The notes under the pieces: generated by a model
What the model was told of the DNA's origin: nothing
Databases searched by the model: none
What the model saw: only the letters and a program-made list of their open reading frames with translations
Made by a program: the position numbers and the translations under genes
Assembly: GCA_012295275.1 (NCBI GenBank)
Contig: CM022677.1
Location: 12,276,001-12,340,000, forward strand
Source of the DNA: Chrysomallon squamiferum
Lineage: Eukaryota > Animalia > Mollusca
Length of the DNA: 64,000 nucleotides
Reading direction: 5' to 3'
Part shown: positions 31,090-45,081 of the stretch, in pieces
Numbering within the stretch: the first letter of the stretch is position 1
Layout of the letters: each line of letters opens with the position of its first letter

Positions 31090-31202
31090 CACTCACCGAG
31101 TGACGTCTGTCAAAACCGACTTGTCCGCCAGAAAACTGACATTGCAGACGAATAGAATAGAAGTGTTTGCAGGTGTTAAAATTTACATTTCTTAAGACAA
31201 AG
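31090..31202 (+). promoter_or_regulatory. Putative promoter and non-coding first exon of TRIM-like copy 2
   Basis: Locally CpG-richer patch containing TGACGTC and ending in a strong donor AAG|GTAAGA at 31203. The ATG-containing exon begins with an acceptor (cacag|AT ATG), which implies an upstream non-coding exon. Confidence 0.45.
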
Positions 31203-31210
31203 GTAAGAAG

Positions 31211-31244
<34 letters not shown>

Positions 31245-32100
31245 TGTTGTTGTTGTTGTTGTTGTTGTCGTTAGTGTAAGATATTATAAAATAAAAAGTA
31301 ATCTAGGTTATTCTCATAATAAAATTTCTGTGCAAAATTGTTTTGTGTTAGAGTGGTCAGAGAAAAGTAGTGTCTGGCGATGTGTTGTCGCATTTATCTT
31401 TCTCGATTACTTTATCAGTGAATGAAGCCACTAAAAATTTGTTGAGTTCGACGTTAATAAAATAATGTTCACCAGCAAGCAGAAATTCATTCGTTCACTA
31501 TGAAATGTTTCGTTCTTATTACACTGAATACATTACTTCTGTGAATGTCACGTTTCTTTCATTGTCAACATTCGAGTTTTACCATGAAAATGAATGAGCT
31601 TGGTTACGTAGCATAGGCCGAAATAGTGGTTCGCGAAATTACCTTGCAGCATTCATGGACACGTCACAAATGTTTATTTATTTATTTATTTATTTATTTC
31701 ATGCTTTGTTATATAACGTATTACAGTAGAACTGTCGTTTTCCTTCTCAAACTTACTTCACAAGGTTAAATTTAGCAAGTTTGTAATTCACTTTAATAGT
31801 TCTTTTATTTTTTTACAAACAAAATGAAATTAATAAATGAATAAATAAATGAGTAGCTTAAATAGCATATTTATAATTTTATAATTAAATTCGCCCGTTT
31901 GTTTATTTATTTTATCCTTTCATTTATTTATTTATTTGTATATTCCGTTGGCCCTTTGAAGTAAACGGAATTGATATTTTATTTTTATTTTGTGTGTGAA
32001 TTTTTTCTTTACTTTTGTTTGTTTGTGGTTTTGATTAAAAAATCTTTTAATTTTGACCTCCACTGCTATTCTTGTTATCTCTTATTGTTATTTATTTATT

Positions 32101-32169
<69 letters not shown>

Positions 32170-32278
32170 TAGTTACATTTTTCTTTCTCGGTATTTTCCT
32201 TTTTATCTTTTCTGATTCTTCTATGTTGTTGCTGTTGTTATCATTGTTATCAACTGCTATTCTTATTATATCTTATTG

Positions 32279-32329
<51 letters not shown>

Positions 32330-34702
32330 TTATTATTATTATTTAGTTACATTTTTCTTTCTCTGTATTTTTCTTTTTATCTTCTCTGATTCGTCTATGT
32401 TGTTGCTGTTGTTATTATTGTTATTTATTTATTTATTATTATTATTGTTATTGTTATTCACAGATATGGCAACAGCTGCAAACTCTGATGATAATCTTTC
32501 GTGCTGCATTTGTTCAGAACTTTTCAAGAAGCCGCGAATATTATATTGTGGACATTCGTTCTGCAGCAAATGCCTGCAGGACTATATAAGCCATAATTAC
32601 AACAACAACGACATACAAATCACCTGCCCGTTCTGCAGGCAGGATGTCCACATACCAGACAGCACGAAACCAGTGTATACATGGGCAGATCAATTCCCTA
32701 TAAACCTTTCACTACAGAACGCCGCTAATGATCGGCTACAATCAAAGTTTTGTGAGTCAGCAGTGTTGTGTTTAGATTCGTTACAACAAAATACTAAAAA
32801 AAGAAAAAATTTAGTGATTGTTTAACTAAAGATATTAACCATCACAAGCTAAAGAAATAGAGGAAACTTTATTTATGACATTCTTCTACTCAGATTTTTA
32901 AAGTAGTTGATCAAATAAATTCTAGAACTTCACATTGTAGGCATACCTTTATTAATAATGGTAGTTCTAGTTAATTAATTGACTGATTGATTATTTATTT
33001 ATTTATTTGTTTCAGCTAAAAAGGGAGATCACATGTCACTTCTGAGTTCTGTTTCTGAAAGTCTCAAAACCTTTAAAGAAATTCTTCAGACAGAGATGGA
33101 TGATATGATCGAGCGACTTCGCCAAGCTGTCGATATCAACGTCGTGGACACTACAGAAGAAGTCAGAAGGATTGGTAACATATTAATCACAGATTTTACT
33201 GCCGCAGTCCACAAAGAACAAGACAGGTTAATAAGAGAAATAGAAAAATCTCAGAACTTTGTAAACTCAGAAATAGACAAATTATTCAATGAACACAAAT
33301 ATCTGATTGAGGAAAACGAAATAATGATAAAATTGGGGGAAGATTTGCTGACAAGAAAATCAGAGTCAGATGTAAAAATTAACATTTTAAAATTCACCAA
33401 ACTTCAAAACACAACTTCCGAGTTTTTGTTCAAATCTCGTTCCCAAATAGAAAAAACAAAGTTTAAAATAAATCTGATAAAATCTGACAAAAAGGCAGAA
33501 ATGTCAGTCGACATTGGAGAAATATCCACAAATATCCAAACAGGCACACAGATAGACACACTCAAACACACAGACACCATTAACACCGAAGCACAAGATA
33601 CAGACACACAGATAGACAGACTAATAGACACACTCAAACACACAGACACAATTGACACGGAAACACAACACACAGACACACAGATAGACAGACAGACAGA
33701 CACACTCAAACACACAGACACCATTAACATCAAAACACAAAAAGATAAAACACATCCTTGGCCGGTTTCTCTGCTGGTGACAGGTGCAGACAAAAGTAAA
33801 ACTGTTGTTAGTGATTGCATCAATGAATGTGTAAAATGTTTTTGTTTAGAAAGAAAATCACTGATAAAAAGATTCGAAACTTCGTCTCCACCATGGGGTC
33901 TTGCTGAATCACGTGATCAGCTGGGTGATGTTGTTGTTGTTGTTGCTCTGCCATGGGAAAGTAAAATATTGTTTTTAAATTTGAAAAACTTCAAACTGAT
34001 CAAAACAGTTAAAACTATTAAAGGTTATCGGTTTATCGCTGTGTCACCTGGCAACCGTCTCGCGGTCACTGGGTATAATCAGTGCTTGGACATACTGACA
34101 GACAGTGGTCAGCTCATTAATTCTATCTCAACAGATTTGATCCCCGAACCGTCACGTCTCACAGTTCACGATCAATGTCTGATTGTTGTGTCAGATCTAA
34201 ACAGTTTAGTTTGTGTGACGTCATCAGGTGACGTCAAATGGGTGTCACGTGATTCAGACAAACTGAGAAACTTGACAGGTGTTACATGTGACAGGGAGGG
34301 AAATATTTTTGTTTGTGCTTTTAAAAGAAAGTGTGTTGTTCAGTTGTCACGAGATGGTAACGTTACACGTGACATCCTCACACGCCATGATGGACTGTCC
34401 GGACCTTTGTCTGTATGTTGTGTTGACAACAAACTGTACGTGGCACAGAACAATACAATAAAAATATTTACTTGGTGTAAAAAGTAAACTTCAACCTGTC
34501 TGCTAACTTAGTTTCACTTTAACTGTTTTGAAGATGAAAGTCCACAAACATTTCTTTCTGATAAATAAACAGAAAATCAGTTATTTATTTATTGTAAGGT
34601 AATTAATTTAGTTAATTTGTTTACTTTGTTTATTTTTATTTTTATATATGTTATTTATTTATTATGAATTACTTTTGAAATTTTCACCCAGTTTTGTCAT
34701 TT

Positions 34703-34773
<71 letters not shown>

Positions 34774-36929
34774 AACAATTATATTATTTTGTAAAGTAGT
34801 TTATTTCAAAGAATGTTGTATTTAAAATATATTTGTACATATTCAAGTGTATTCAAACCAAAAATATGATAATAAATAAAATTATTTTGTCATTATTTCA
34901 TTTAAATTTTAAAACTATTTTACCTTGTTTCGTAATCTTTGTCTGTATAGCTACCTATATATTCAGCTAGCTCTATGTATGTCTGTGTGTGTAATATAAT
35001 TAATGTGTAGTACAAAGTAGTTCACTGTGGAGATTTATTATAAATTTATTATTAACGGCTTATACAGATTAGTGTTTTGGGGATCCCTGGCATTCTCAAC
35101 TATTCTTCTCCTTTTTCTTTTTATTCTGCTTGACATATTTTATAAAATTCTGTCTTAGACATTAAATTAAGTCTAATTTTTCAATTATTATTTATTTATT
35201 TATTCTGTTAAGGCAAACAAATAAATAAACAAATAAAAGGAAAGAAGGGAAAAGACATACAGAGACACACACACAAAATAAAAATATAATCAGAGAAACA
35301 ACCGCACAAACGAAAATTGTTAAGCAAAGAAAAAACAAAAAAAGCAAACAAAACCTTACTTGAGGTATACTTGTTTTAAATCCGGGTGTTAGCGATCATG
35401 TTTCGTCTTTATTTAGTGTGCACGTTCAAGTTAATTAGAGTAGGGAACAGTTCACAGTATTCACATAGCAGGGGCACATGGGCGGAACTGCGATCTGAAG
35501 TATTTTTTATTTATTTATTTATTTATTTTTTGAGTATTATTATTATTGTTGTTGAAGTTGTTTTTGTTATTTTTGGATCAGTTTATTTATTTTACAACAT
35601 TAACAATAATAGCACGAATATGAACATTAACCGTAATCATTTTATCTACATACCCAACTACATACATACGACATAGATACTCTCATATACATTCATAAAC
35701 ATATGTATATACCCATATGTACATGCATATCACTGCATTGCGATTATTCTCATTGTGCAGTCTAAACGTAACAAAACAGAATATTGATTCCTGAATAAAT
35801 ACATATACACAAGTATATGTACAGCAACATTAACACACAAATATGTTCATACACAGACAGAAGCGGGCGTACGTACACACGCACACACACACACATATAT
35901 TAAACTACTGTTTTAATGTTTGCTTTTCCTCTTCTTTGTCGTATTATTATTATTATTATTATCATTAACTATTATTGCTATTATTATTATTATTATTATT
36001 ATTACTACTACTACTTCTATTACTACTATTATTAGTGTTACTAATGACATTGTTGATATACCATACAGATATCATATAGAAAAAACACCAGAAAAAAAAG
36101 AGGAAAAAAAAACAATATATTCCTAGATAGGTACACAGAGCTGTGTAAGTAGTAGATACTTAGACACAAAACATATACTTCTACATACACACACACGGTG
36201 ATACGCATACAGAAGAAAACATACACAACATACAAAGTTTACTTGTATAGATACAAACAGATATAATCATGAACATATAAAACACACACAATGGTTGCTT
36301 AAATAGATAGAAATAGTTTTACACATATAATAAAGATAAATAAACATAACAGAGATAAAACATAAAACACGCACAAGTATGACACAAAATGTATATGCCG
36401 CATTGCACGCTTTATCTTCTAGCTGACTTTTGATGTTTCATTTAAAGTGTGCCAGCCACAGACCCACAACTTGAGGCTTCTTTGCTTCAGCTTTTGGTTT
36501 GAGTTTTGGCTTGAGTGGTATTTGAGTGTTAGCTTGTTATGAAGAACTTTTTCAAGCTTCACAGTTTAGTTAATAGTGAGGTAACAAAAATAAAAACACA
36601 ACAAATCTGAAACTCGCTTTGAGATTTTTATATACATATACTGCCTGTTCACAGGAACAAGGTAAGGCTATCAGTATCACAACCAATATTCAAGTGTAAA
36701 AAGCAAATACAAGAAATCGTGAAAAAAAAATTACAAAAAGAGAAGAAACAGAATTATGCATAATGTTACAGGCTTATAGATAACACTATATGAATTATAT
36801 TTGACACAAGTAATTATTATTTTTATTATTATTATTTTTTTTTCTTAAATTTATTATAAAAATATGTAACATAAACTTCAAAACTATTGGTTATAAATAA
36901 TAATGAAAATTAAATGAAATTAAGTAAAA

Positions 36930-36965
<36 letters not shown>

Positions 36966-37651
36966 TATATAGACATTTATATATTATATATCTAAATGCA
37001 ATGCAAACAATAACTCAAATCAGAGTAAATTCATATGAAAATGGAGAGAAAAAAGTTCATTTTTAATCAATTAAATGCAGTGAAAATACTTTATGAATGA
37101 AAATATGGTGAGAAAAAAATAGTGGTGGGGAAATCAGGATATGATGATGATAATGATGATGTATATCACTTTTGGATATGTAAGGGAAAAAAATTAAAAT
37201 AATGATAAAATAAATAAAACGAAATACATATATATATAAAAATAAAATAAAAAAATAAAATTCAAAATATTGTGAATCCAGTTTCATTCTATAATAATAA
37301 TATCACTAAAATTAAATTTTAGCCAGCAGCAAAAAACAACAACATAAAAAACAAAAACAGAAAGGAAATGAAAATTTAATTAAACAAATATTTAATCTGT
37401 GTAGTCTATATATAGCATAAAACAAACCAGTGTAATATTAGATTTAACTATTATTGTTTTATCAATTATATATTGTTTATTTTATAATCTATTTTTATTT
37501 CACTCATAACTTTGATTTTTTTTTCTTATTATATCTGACATATTATTAATTATTGTTAATTAATATTTTTATTAAAACAAGACACTCAGAAATTAAATTA
37601 ATATAATGATGAAGATAGCAATATTATTTTACAACTTTGCAAAGAATTTAA

Positions 37652-37721
<70 letters not shown>

Positions 37722-38030
37722 GAAAGTTTTACAGAGCTTTGTGTTCAAATTTAAAGTATTTTACAGATTTAAATTTCTCTGCACAAATTTTAACGCACAA
37801 AACACACAATAAATAAAATAAATATGGAAGGCACTGTGTCCTTGTGTGTGTTTTCTCACAATTCAAAAAGCAGAAATAAATAAAATTAAGTTAGAAAAAC
37901 CCACATTCCAATGTAATATAATAAAATGTATAATGAAAGAAAAAACATTACAAAAATAAATCAATGTTAATATGTATTTTTGAAGTCTGTGACTTGTAAT
38001 ACATAATATACAAATACACAAGAACAAACC
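31147..38030 (+). repeat. Right arm of inverted segmental duplication (partner 1-6498)
   Basis: Continuous reverse-complement match to the window start. The true right boundary cannot be fixed because the partner runs off the window. Confidence 0.95.
32466..34487 (+). CDS. TRIM-like RING E3 ligase, copy 2; exons 32466-32751 and 33016-34487; 585 aa
   Basis: Same structure as copy 1: cacag|AT ATG GCA, donor gtgagt at 32752, acceptor tttcag ending at 33015, phase 1, in frame with ORF 33033..34487. Intact RING, coiled coil and propeller. Confidence 0.9.
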
Positions 38031-38264
38031 CAGTCATTAATCTGCAAGCTTTTATGAGATCCACAGTGTAAAATTATGTGACCAAAATTTACACTGTTAT
38101 TTAGACACACAGGATTTCACCATACAGTTATCTTGCCTAGATGACAAACATTTAGTGTAACTCAGTTTATTAAATGTAGGCAAATACACAGATCTAAATA
38201 AAACCATGCTCTGTATGTAGTAGATTAAAAATATTATCAGTTTAGTATTATTAAAATAATAATG

Positions 38265-38310
<46 letters not shown>

Positions 38311-39847
38311 TAATGATAATAAAAATAATAATAATGATGAGATAATTTATTTAAAAAAAACAGATATTATCTTATTGATATATGTATACAAAGCATTACA
38401 TTTAGCTAAATGAAACTACATTAACTTAGATGAAAACTGTAAGTAGTAAAATGTTCTCGATATTATTTTGATTTAGATTTAATCTAATATGTCTCTACCT
38501 ATATAACATTGTTTTCTGGATTAATGTCCTTAATATTATCATCAATCTAAAATTATTCAAAATGATATGTCTTAGAGATTTCTATATGGTTTAGTTTCAA
38601 ACTTGCTAATTGAAATACACTTTTAAAAATTTCTTTAAAAGAATCTGTAGTTATGAATAATCATTATGCCTCCATTATGTATGCAAATAGTAAAACAGTG
38701 AAACCAAACGTTAGTTCTATAGCCATACATTTCTGCAAACCCTCTTCAAGGATTTCTGTAAGAAATTTACAGAAACAAATTTTATTAATATATTAATATC
38801 ATATTTATCTTTTATTAGGGATGAGATTTTCTTGGTGTGTGTAAAAATGTAAAAAGTTAATTTAGGTTTCTTTATTAATGAAATTGTTGTGAACTGCTGA
38901 TCATGTGTATTGTAGAGACATGATTGCTCATCACAGTTTTAAAACTTAGAACTGGTTAATTAATTAATAATAATAATAATAATAATAAAAAGATACAATA
39001 GTAAAAATGATAAAGAAGAAAATATTCCTGCCACCAGTTTCTGGTAACAAAAACAGAACATGGTTTTTACTGAAGGAAGTTTTCATGAATTTTACTTTGA
39101 AATACTCGTTTCTTTCACATTTAAAACTATAGAACTTGAATTCATCATGAAACACAACTGGAAAATTCCACAGGTATAAAACACAACTCTTTTTATAAAT
39201 AAGTAAGTCATTTATGATTAAGAAGCAATAGACAGTAGCACATTATTACAGGATTAAATCAGTTTTGAATGCAGAAACTGTAATGCAGGCAGATTAATCA
39301 TGATACAAATATTTCCCATCTGAAAAAACTTGCAGCTATATCTGACAAACAGTGATTTGAAATATCACGAGTTCATTCTAAATTTTATTTTACACCCTAT
39401 GAATTAAAAATCTCAATATTCAGAAAATGATTAATTATTTTAAGCTCATTTCTAGATTACATAAGAAATTAAATGAATACAAATATTTTTAAATTAGCAT
39501 GTTTCATTAGCATATTTAAATAACGTTTCATATTTAAAATCATCACACTTCAATTTAAAGTTGGTTTAAAAATGCCGTTAAACCTGAATTGAAAAATAGT
39601 ATTGTGAAAAATACATGAACATGAAAAAATGACAAAACGAAGTGATATGAATTTTTTAATGTATATCATCAAAGCCAAATTTACAGATATTCAGGAAATG
39701 TAACACAGTAGCAATATGGTCCACAATAAAAAAAAAACATGATTAAATAAATGTTTTTATTTAAATTTTAAATTTTTGAATATTATTATATATCAGTTTA
39801 ATATTATTATTAATATTATATATGACTAATGGATTTTGTTATCTAAA

Positions 39848-39888
<41 letters not shown>

Positions 39889-40976
39889 ATAATAATAATA
39901 ATAAAACAATAATAATAATAATTATAATATTTGCTACTAATTAATGTAGATCCTTTCTTTTTCACTGTGGCAAGTATTAACAATTTGATAATTTTTGCTT
40001 ATGTCAGTTTCGATGTTAAAATAATAATAATAATAATAATAATAAAATAACAAAAGGCACAATAGCAAAAGTAGCAAATGTTACTGCATTAATCAAACAA
40101 GTAAATCATTCTCTGAACCACTTTTGTTTAATCTACTGCAAGTATTAAGATGGTATAAAAATGATCAGTAAAGCTGGAAACACTTTATAAAAACATGACA
40201 GTGACTTAGCAACTTTGTGTACCTTTTATAGAAACAGGTCACATTTACTTCACTCAAAGAACATGGAAAAAAGTCTCATACAACAAATACTAAAAGTATT
40301 ATTTGTCATAAGGCATTGAGTTTAAATATTCAGTTATAATTTACTAAAAATAAAAAAACGTGAGCAATATTTTTAATGTATTCAAAAAAAAATAAAAAAT
40401 AAAAAATAAAAAAAATAATAATAAAAATAAAAGAAAATAAAAGAAAATTACCTGACTGGTTTAGCTAAGAAAAAGCTCTTGAAATTAATGGATGTATTTT
40501 TTGTTTTTATAAAAACAAAAAGTGAATCAATGTTCTCTAAATTAGGGGTTAAATTTCCAATGTAGCTTTTTGTTTATTTTATTCATGGTTATAAGATTAA
40601 AAAAAAAAGAAAGAAAGAAACAAAAGAAACAAACTTTGTTTAACTATGAAATATTTCTTCAGATATCTAGATATTTTGAAAGACTATACAAACAATTGTA
40701 ATATATAGTTTCTGCATCTGACAAACTACTGCAAGAAGTGAAAGAAAAGTTTTTGAAAAATTGGCGTTTTCATGGTAAAGATATTAAAGAAAGAAAAGAA
40801 AAAATAGAATATTGTCCAAAAAAATATTAAAAAAAGAATAAATAAATAAATAAAAACAAAACAGAAAAATAAAAACATTTGTCATCACAAATTGTAACCA
40901 TGACAACAATGTAAAGAGCCAACTGCTGCTGCAGCTGCTGATGATGTCTGGATAATGGTGATGTGTGTTGTGAGAT

Positions 40977-41278
40977 CTACATCTTTCTTTGAGTTGCTGG
41001 TGGTTTCCCAGTCTTCCAGAGAGAATTGTGAATAACAACAGCATCAATGGACACAGATAAATGTTTGGCTGATGTCACTTCAGTGAAACTTTTAGCCCCA
41101 GAATTATATCTGTGAGAAAAACAAAATAATATTAACTAATTTATTACATGATAATTAAAACAATAATTCATTAGTACTGACTCATTCCTAATCAGGACAT
41201 TTCTTAGAACTTTTTTGTTTTCAGTGAAATATTTTATTCTTGAGTGGTTGTTTCTGTGAGATAATTAATAAACTATAA

Positions 41279-41314
<36 letters not shown>

Positions 41315-44300
41315 TTGAATCTAAATAAAGTATTTGGTTTTTATTAATCAGAAATTATATATTGATACATTCTTTATCATCACTATTGAATCACACAACT
41401 ACAGTAAAGTGATTAACTTCTTGTTACAGGCTCTATAATTTTTTTATTGACATACACAAAAATTTAAATCTTGTTCAAAAGCATCTACCTTTCACTTGGT
41501 CAGTATAAAAGTTAAAAATTATTTTCAAAATAACTAATTAGTAAATACATTATTTGCAGACACATATATTTTACATTATATTAATGAGCTGCATGTTGAG
41601 AAATGTACAAATTTATAAATATAAAAATAAACTTTCTTATCTAAAAGATTTATTTATATAGCAATGTGCATGATGATAGACATAAAAATATATTAAATAA
41701 GTGCTTACTTAATAAAACTATGTATTTATATAGTAATATTTACTATGACAGATACAAAATATTAAATGTATACTTACTTATAAAACCTATGGATCATTTT
41801 ATTGGTAATTGCTTTATGATAACTTTGTCTGTTTTGGGTGTGAAAGAATATAGATCCCTGTACTGACATTCTTCATCTCAAAACAGAATTACAAAGTGTT
41901 TAGCATCAGACTTAGCCAGTTCCTAGATACACAAACAAACAAGCAAATAAACAAACAAACAAATGAATAAATAAACTGGTAAATAAATAAATAAATAAAT
42001 AAATTAGTAAATAAAAATATAAACAAATACACTGATAAACAAAAAAAAAATAAAAAAAATAAATATACATATTTGGTATTTTGCTTTGCAATAATAACAA
42101 ATGGCATAAAATTAAAGTCATTACTGATAACATTATAGACCCTCACACCTATCCAGTATATGTATTCCATTGTGAGGTATTCCTATAATTTTCCAACAAT
42201 TAATAACAATGACCTCAGAAGGGTGATCAGACTTAGAAATGTATGTTGTCATTGGAATAAAAGACACAATAATAACAAACAATAGTAAAATACTGTACAT
42301 TAACAAGTGTGGGATAAATCAGAACAAAAATTAATTCACTTATAAAATCTTTCTTATTATTGTTTGTTTTCTTAAAGACAATCAAATATAATGAAAGAAT
42401 AATTCTGCAAGAAAATTAAATGAACTGTATGAGGTAAAAGTATGTGTTAACTTTTACCTCTAAAACTTTGTTTTTCAGGTCTGTGTTGATGATGCCTGTG
42501 AGATGTTGAGGATGATGTGATGATTAGATTTTTAACTTGGCTTCATGTACAGCTTTGGTCCTGTTCAAAAAAAGAAATAAAACAATACTGACAAAATAAA
42601 CATTGTGATTAATTTAGGATTAAAAAATGAATAAAGTGGGGGTTTTTAGGTTTAGAAATGTTACTATAATATCCTGACTGAAAGAATTTAAATATATTTT
42701 ACAATCTTTTTAATGTGAAAGGATAAGAATATGTTCAATTTAAAACATTTAAAAATTCAGTTTTACAATACTGTGAAGCAATTACTAATGGCTAAAATGG
42801 ATTTAAAAAAGTAAAAAAAACAAACATGTGACCTGATATTCAAAGCTACTCATACTGACAATAACAAAAACATCAATAATAAAAGTATTGATGATGTAGT
42901 AATAAATGTTGCTTTTAATAACAGAGGTAAATCTCAAGAAATAAGAGTTTTCTAACCTGAACATTCACCAGCTTCACTTCCATCCATTCTTGAAGTTCTT
43001 CTTCCTCACCGGTACAAATCTGTATTAAATGATAAAAATAAAAAATCTAAATAAATAAAAAAGTTAATATCAACCATAAATCCTTAACGTTTAGGAAACT
43101 GGAGTAGAAATAATTATGAACCTAGTAAAATAAAAAATAAGCATAAAACACAAACTTGTAGGAGAGGTTTATGATGTAATGGAGTTAGACTGCAGCATCA
43201 TGTTGCCACATGATCACAAATTGTATAATTTATATTCTTTATGATTAATGTACAAATACATTAGTTACTCTACATTATAAATAGTACCAGTAATAATTAA
43301 TGCTTTATCTCATCATTAATTTATTGTAACACTTAACCACTTACTAAGTTTAGTAATAAATTTTCCATGAAAATTAATTAAATTCTCTAGATAGTGTTTT
43401 GACTGTACATGTATGTAATAACATATATCAATAAAGCTTAAACACATAAATTTAAGAAAAACAGGTTTCAATAATTCTTATCTATTAAATTTAGCAACTT
43501 CTTAATTTAGATTTGACAATAATAATTAGCAGGGTTTGAAAATAAGAAAATTAAATAACAAGTGAGTAAGCTAATTAAACCAAAATATAACCTGCAAATA
43601 AAGATTTAAAATAATATTTCACAGAAAACATAATTTATGATTTAACAGCCCTGTAATAATAACTAATATTTATAAATCTAGACTGACAATGATGACAATG
43701 AAGAGGATTAAAATGGAGACATTTACAAGACAATACATGAAGATGTTGCAGATGCTAAATCAGTTAATCTCTAAATAAATGATGTTATTAAACAACAACA
43801 AAACAATAATAATAAAAATAAAATAAATAAATAAATAAATAATAATAAAATGGTGATTTCTAACTATATTATTTTGATGCATCTTTCTAAATCTACATGG
43901 CATAAAGTCTGCAACTTCTTCTTACATTTTGTGTGCATTTTGGCAAATATTAAATAGTTCCTTTCAATTAAATTTTTTTTCAGTATTAGTTAAAAACTGA
44001 ATTTGTTTACATTAATACAAATAGCAGTAATATATTTTGAAATAATATATTAAGAAATTAAGAACAGCAGTGTATTTAAAAAAATAAATTATTAATCTGA
44101 TAAATAAAAAATATGTATAATCGGGGTGTTTCATGCAGTAGCATGCTGTTATAAGCTCTATCAAGTTAATATCTGTGTTTATGTCTGTGTTTATGTCTAT
44201 ATATATATATATATATTCTGCAGTAGTATTCTGGATAACCAAATGAATGTTTTGCAAATATGCAAACAGAATTAAACTAAGAGCAGAAAGATTTTTAAAT

Positions 44301-45002
44301 AATAATAATAATAAAACAAAACAAAAATATGGAAAGAAAAATCTGTAAGGCAAAGATTGAAAGAACTGGATAAAACTTTAAATGATAGCTGATTAAAACA
44401 TATGGATGACTGAATGATAATTATTATATTTTAAACTGATGGATTATAATAATGTTTGTTAATTTTAAACATAAAAGCTGAATATATATGATGGCATAAA
44501 TGTATTTTGCATAGTTCATGTTTACTGTTTTAATTTTTTCTGTTCACCAACGTGTTTTCGTATAATAAAGTGTATAACTTAGATAAAGAACTTTTGTTGT
44601 TTTCATATCTCTGTATCACTTGAGAAATATATATGAGACATGTAACAGATATTCAGACTGAGTATATTATCATAAAATGCTGGCATGCTGTCTGTTACTG
44701 ATATACATATATATAGATGTGGGTGTGTGTGTGTGTGTGTGTGTGTTTGTGTGTGTGTGTCAAGGTTCACAGTTATGTCCACTTGACTTGGAAATCCATT
44801 AGCGGTGTTCAAGGAGGTTTCCTAGTCTTTGTAAAAATAAAATACTGAATTAAATATCAAATAAATAAATACTGCTACTGTTACATTTTTGATACCAAGA
44901 TACATTATCATTACACAGCAGATAGAGAGGGTCAGTTCAGCTGTTACTACAACAATGGCAGAGATAAATAACGATTGGTATAACAACAACAACAACAACC
45001 TC

Positions 45003-45081
<79 letters not shown>

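Noticed and set aside
31971-32465. Hydrophobic N-terminal extension of ORF 31971..32825, suggesting a membrane-anchored RING protein
   Set aside because: It is translated (TAT)n/(TTTA)n intron sequence that includes a local duplication (~32165-32245 vs ~32337-32420). An acceptor lies just before ATG 32466, and copy 1 lacks the extension.
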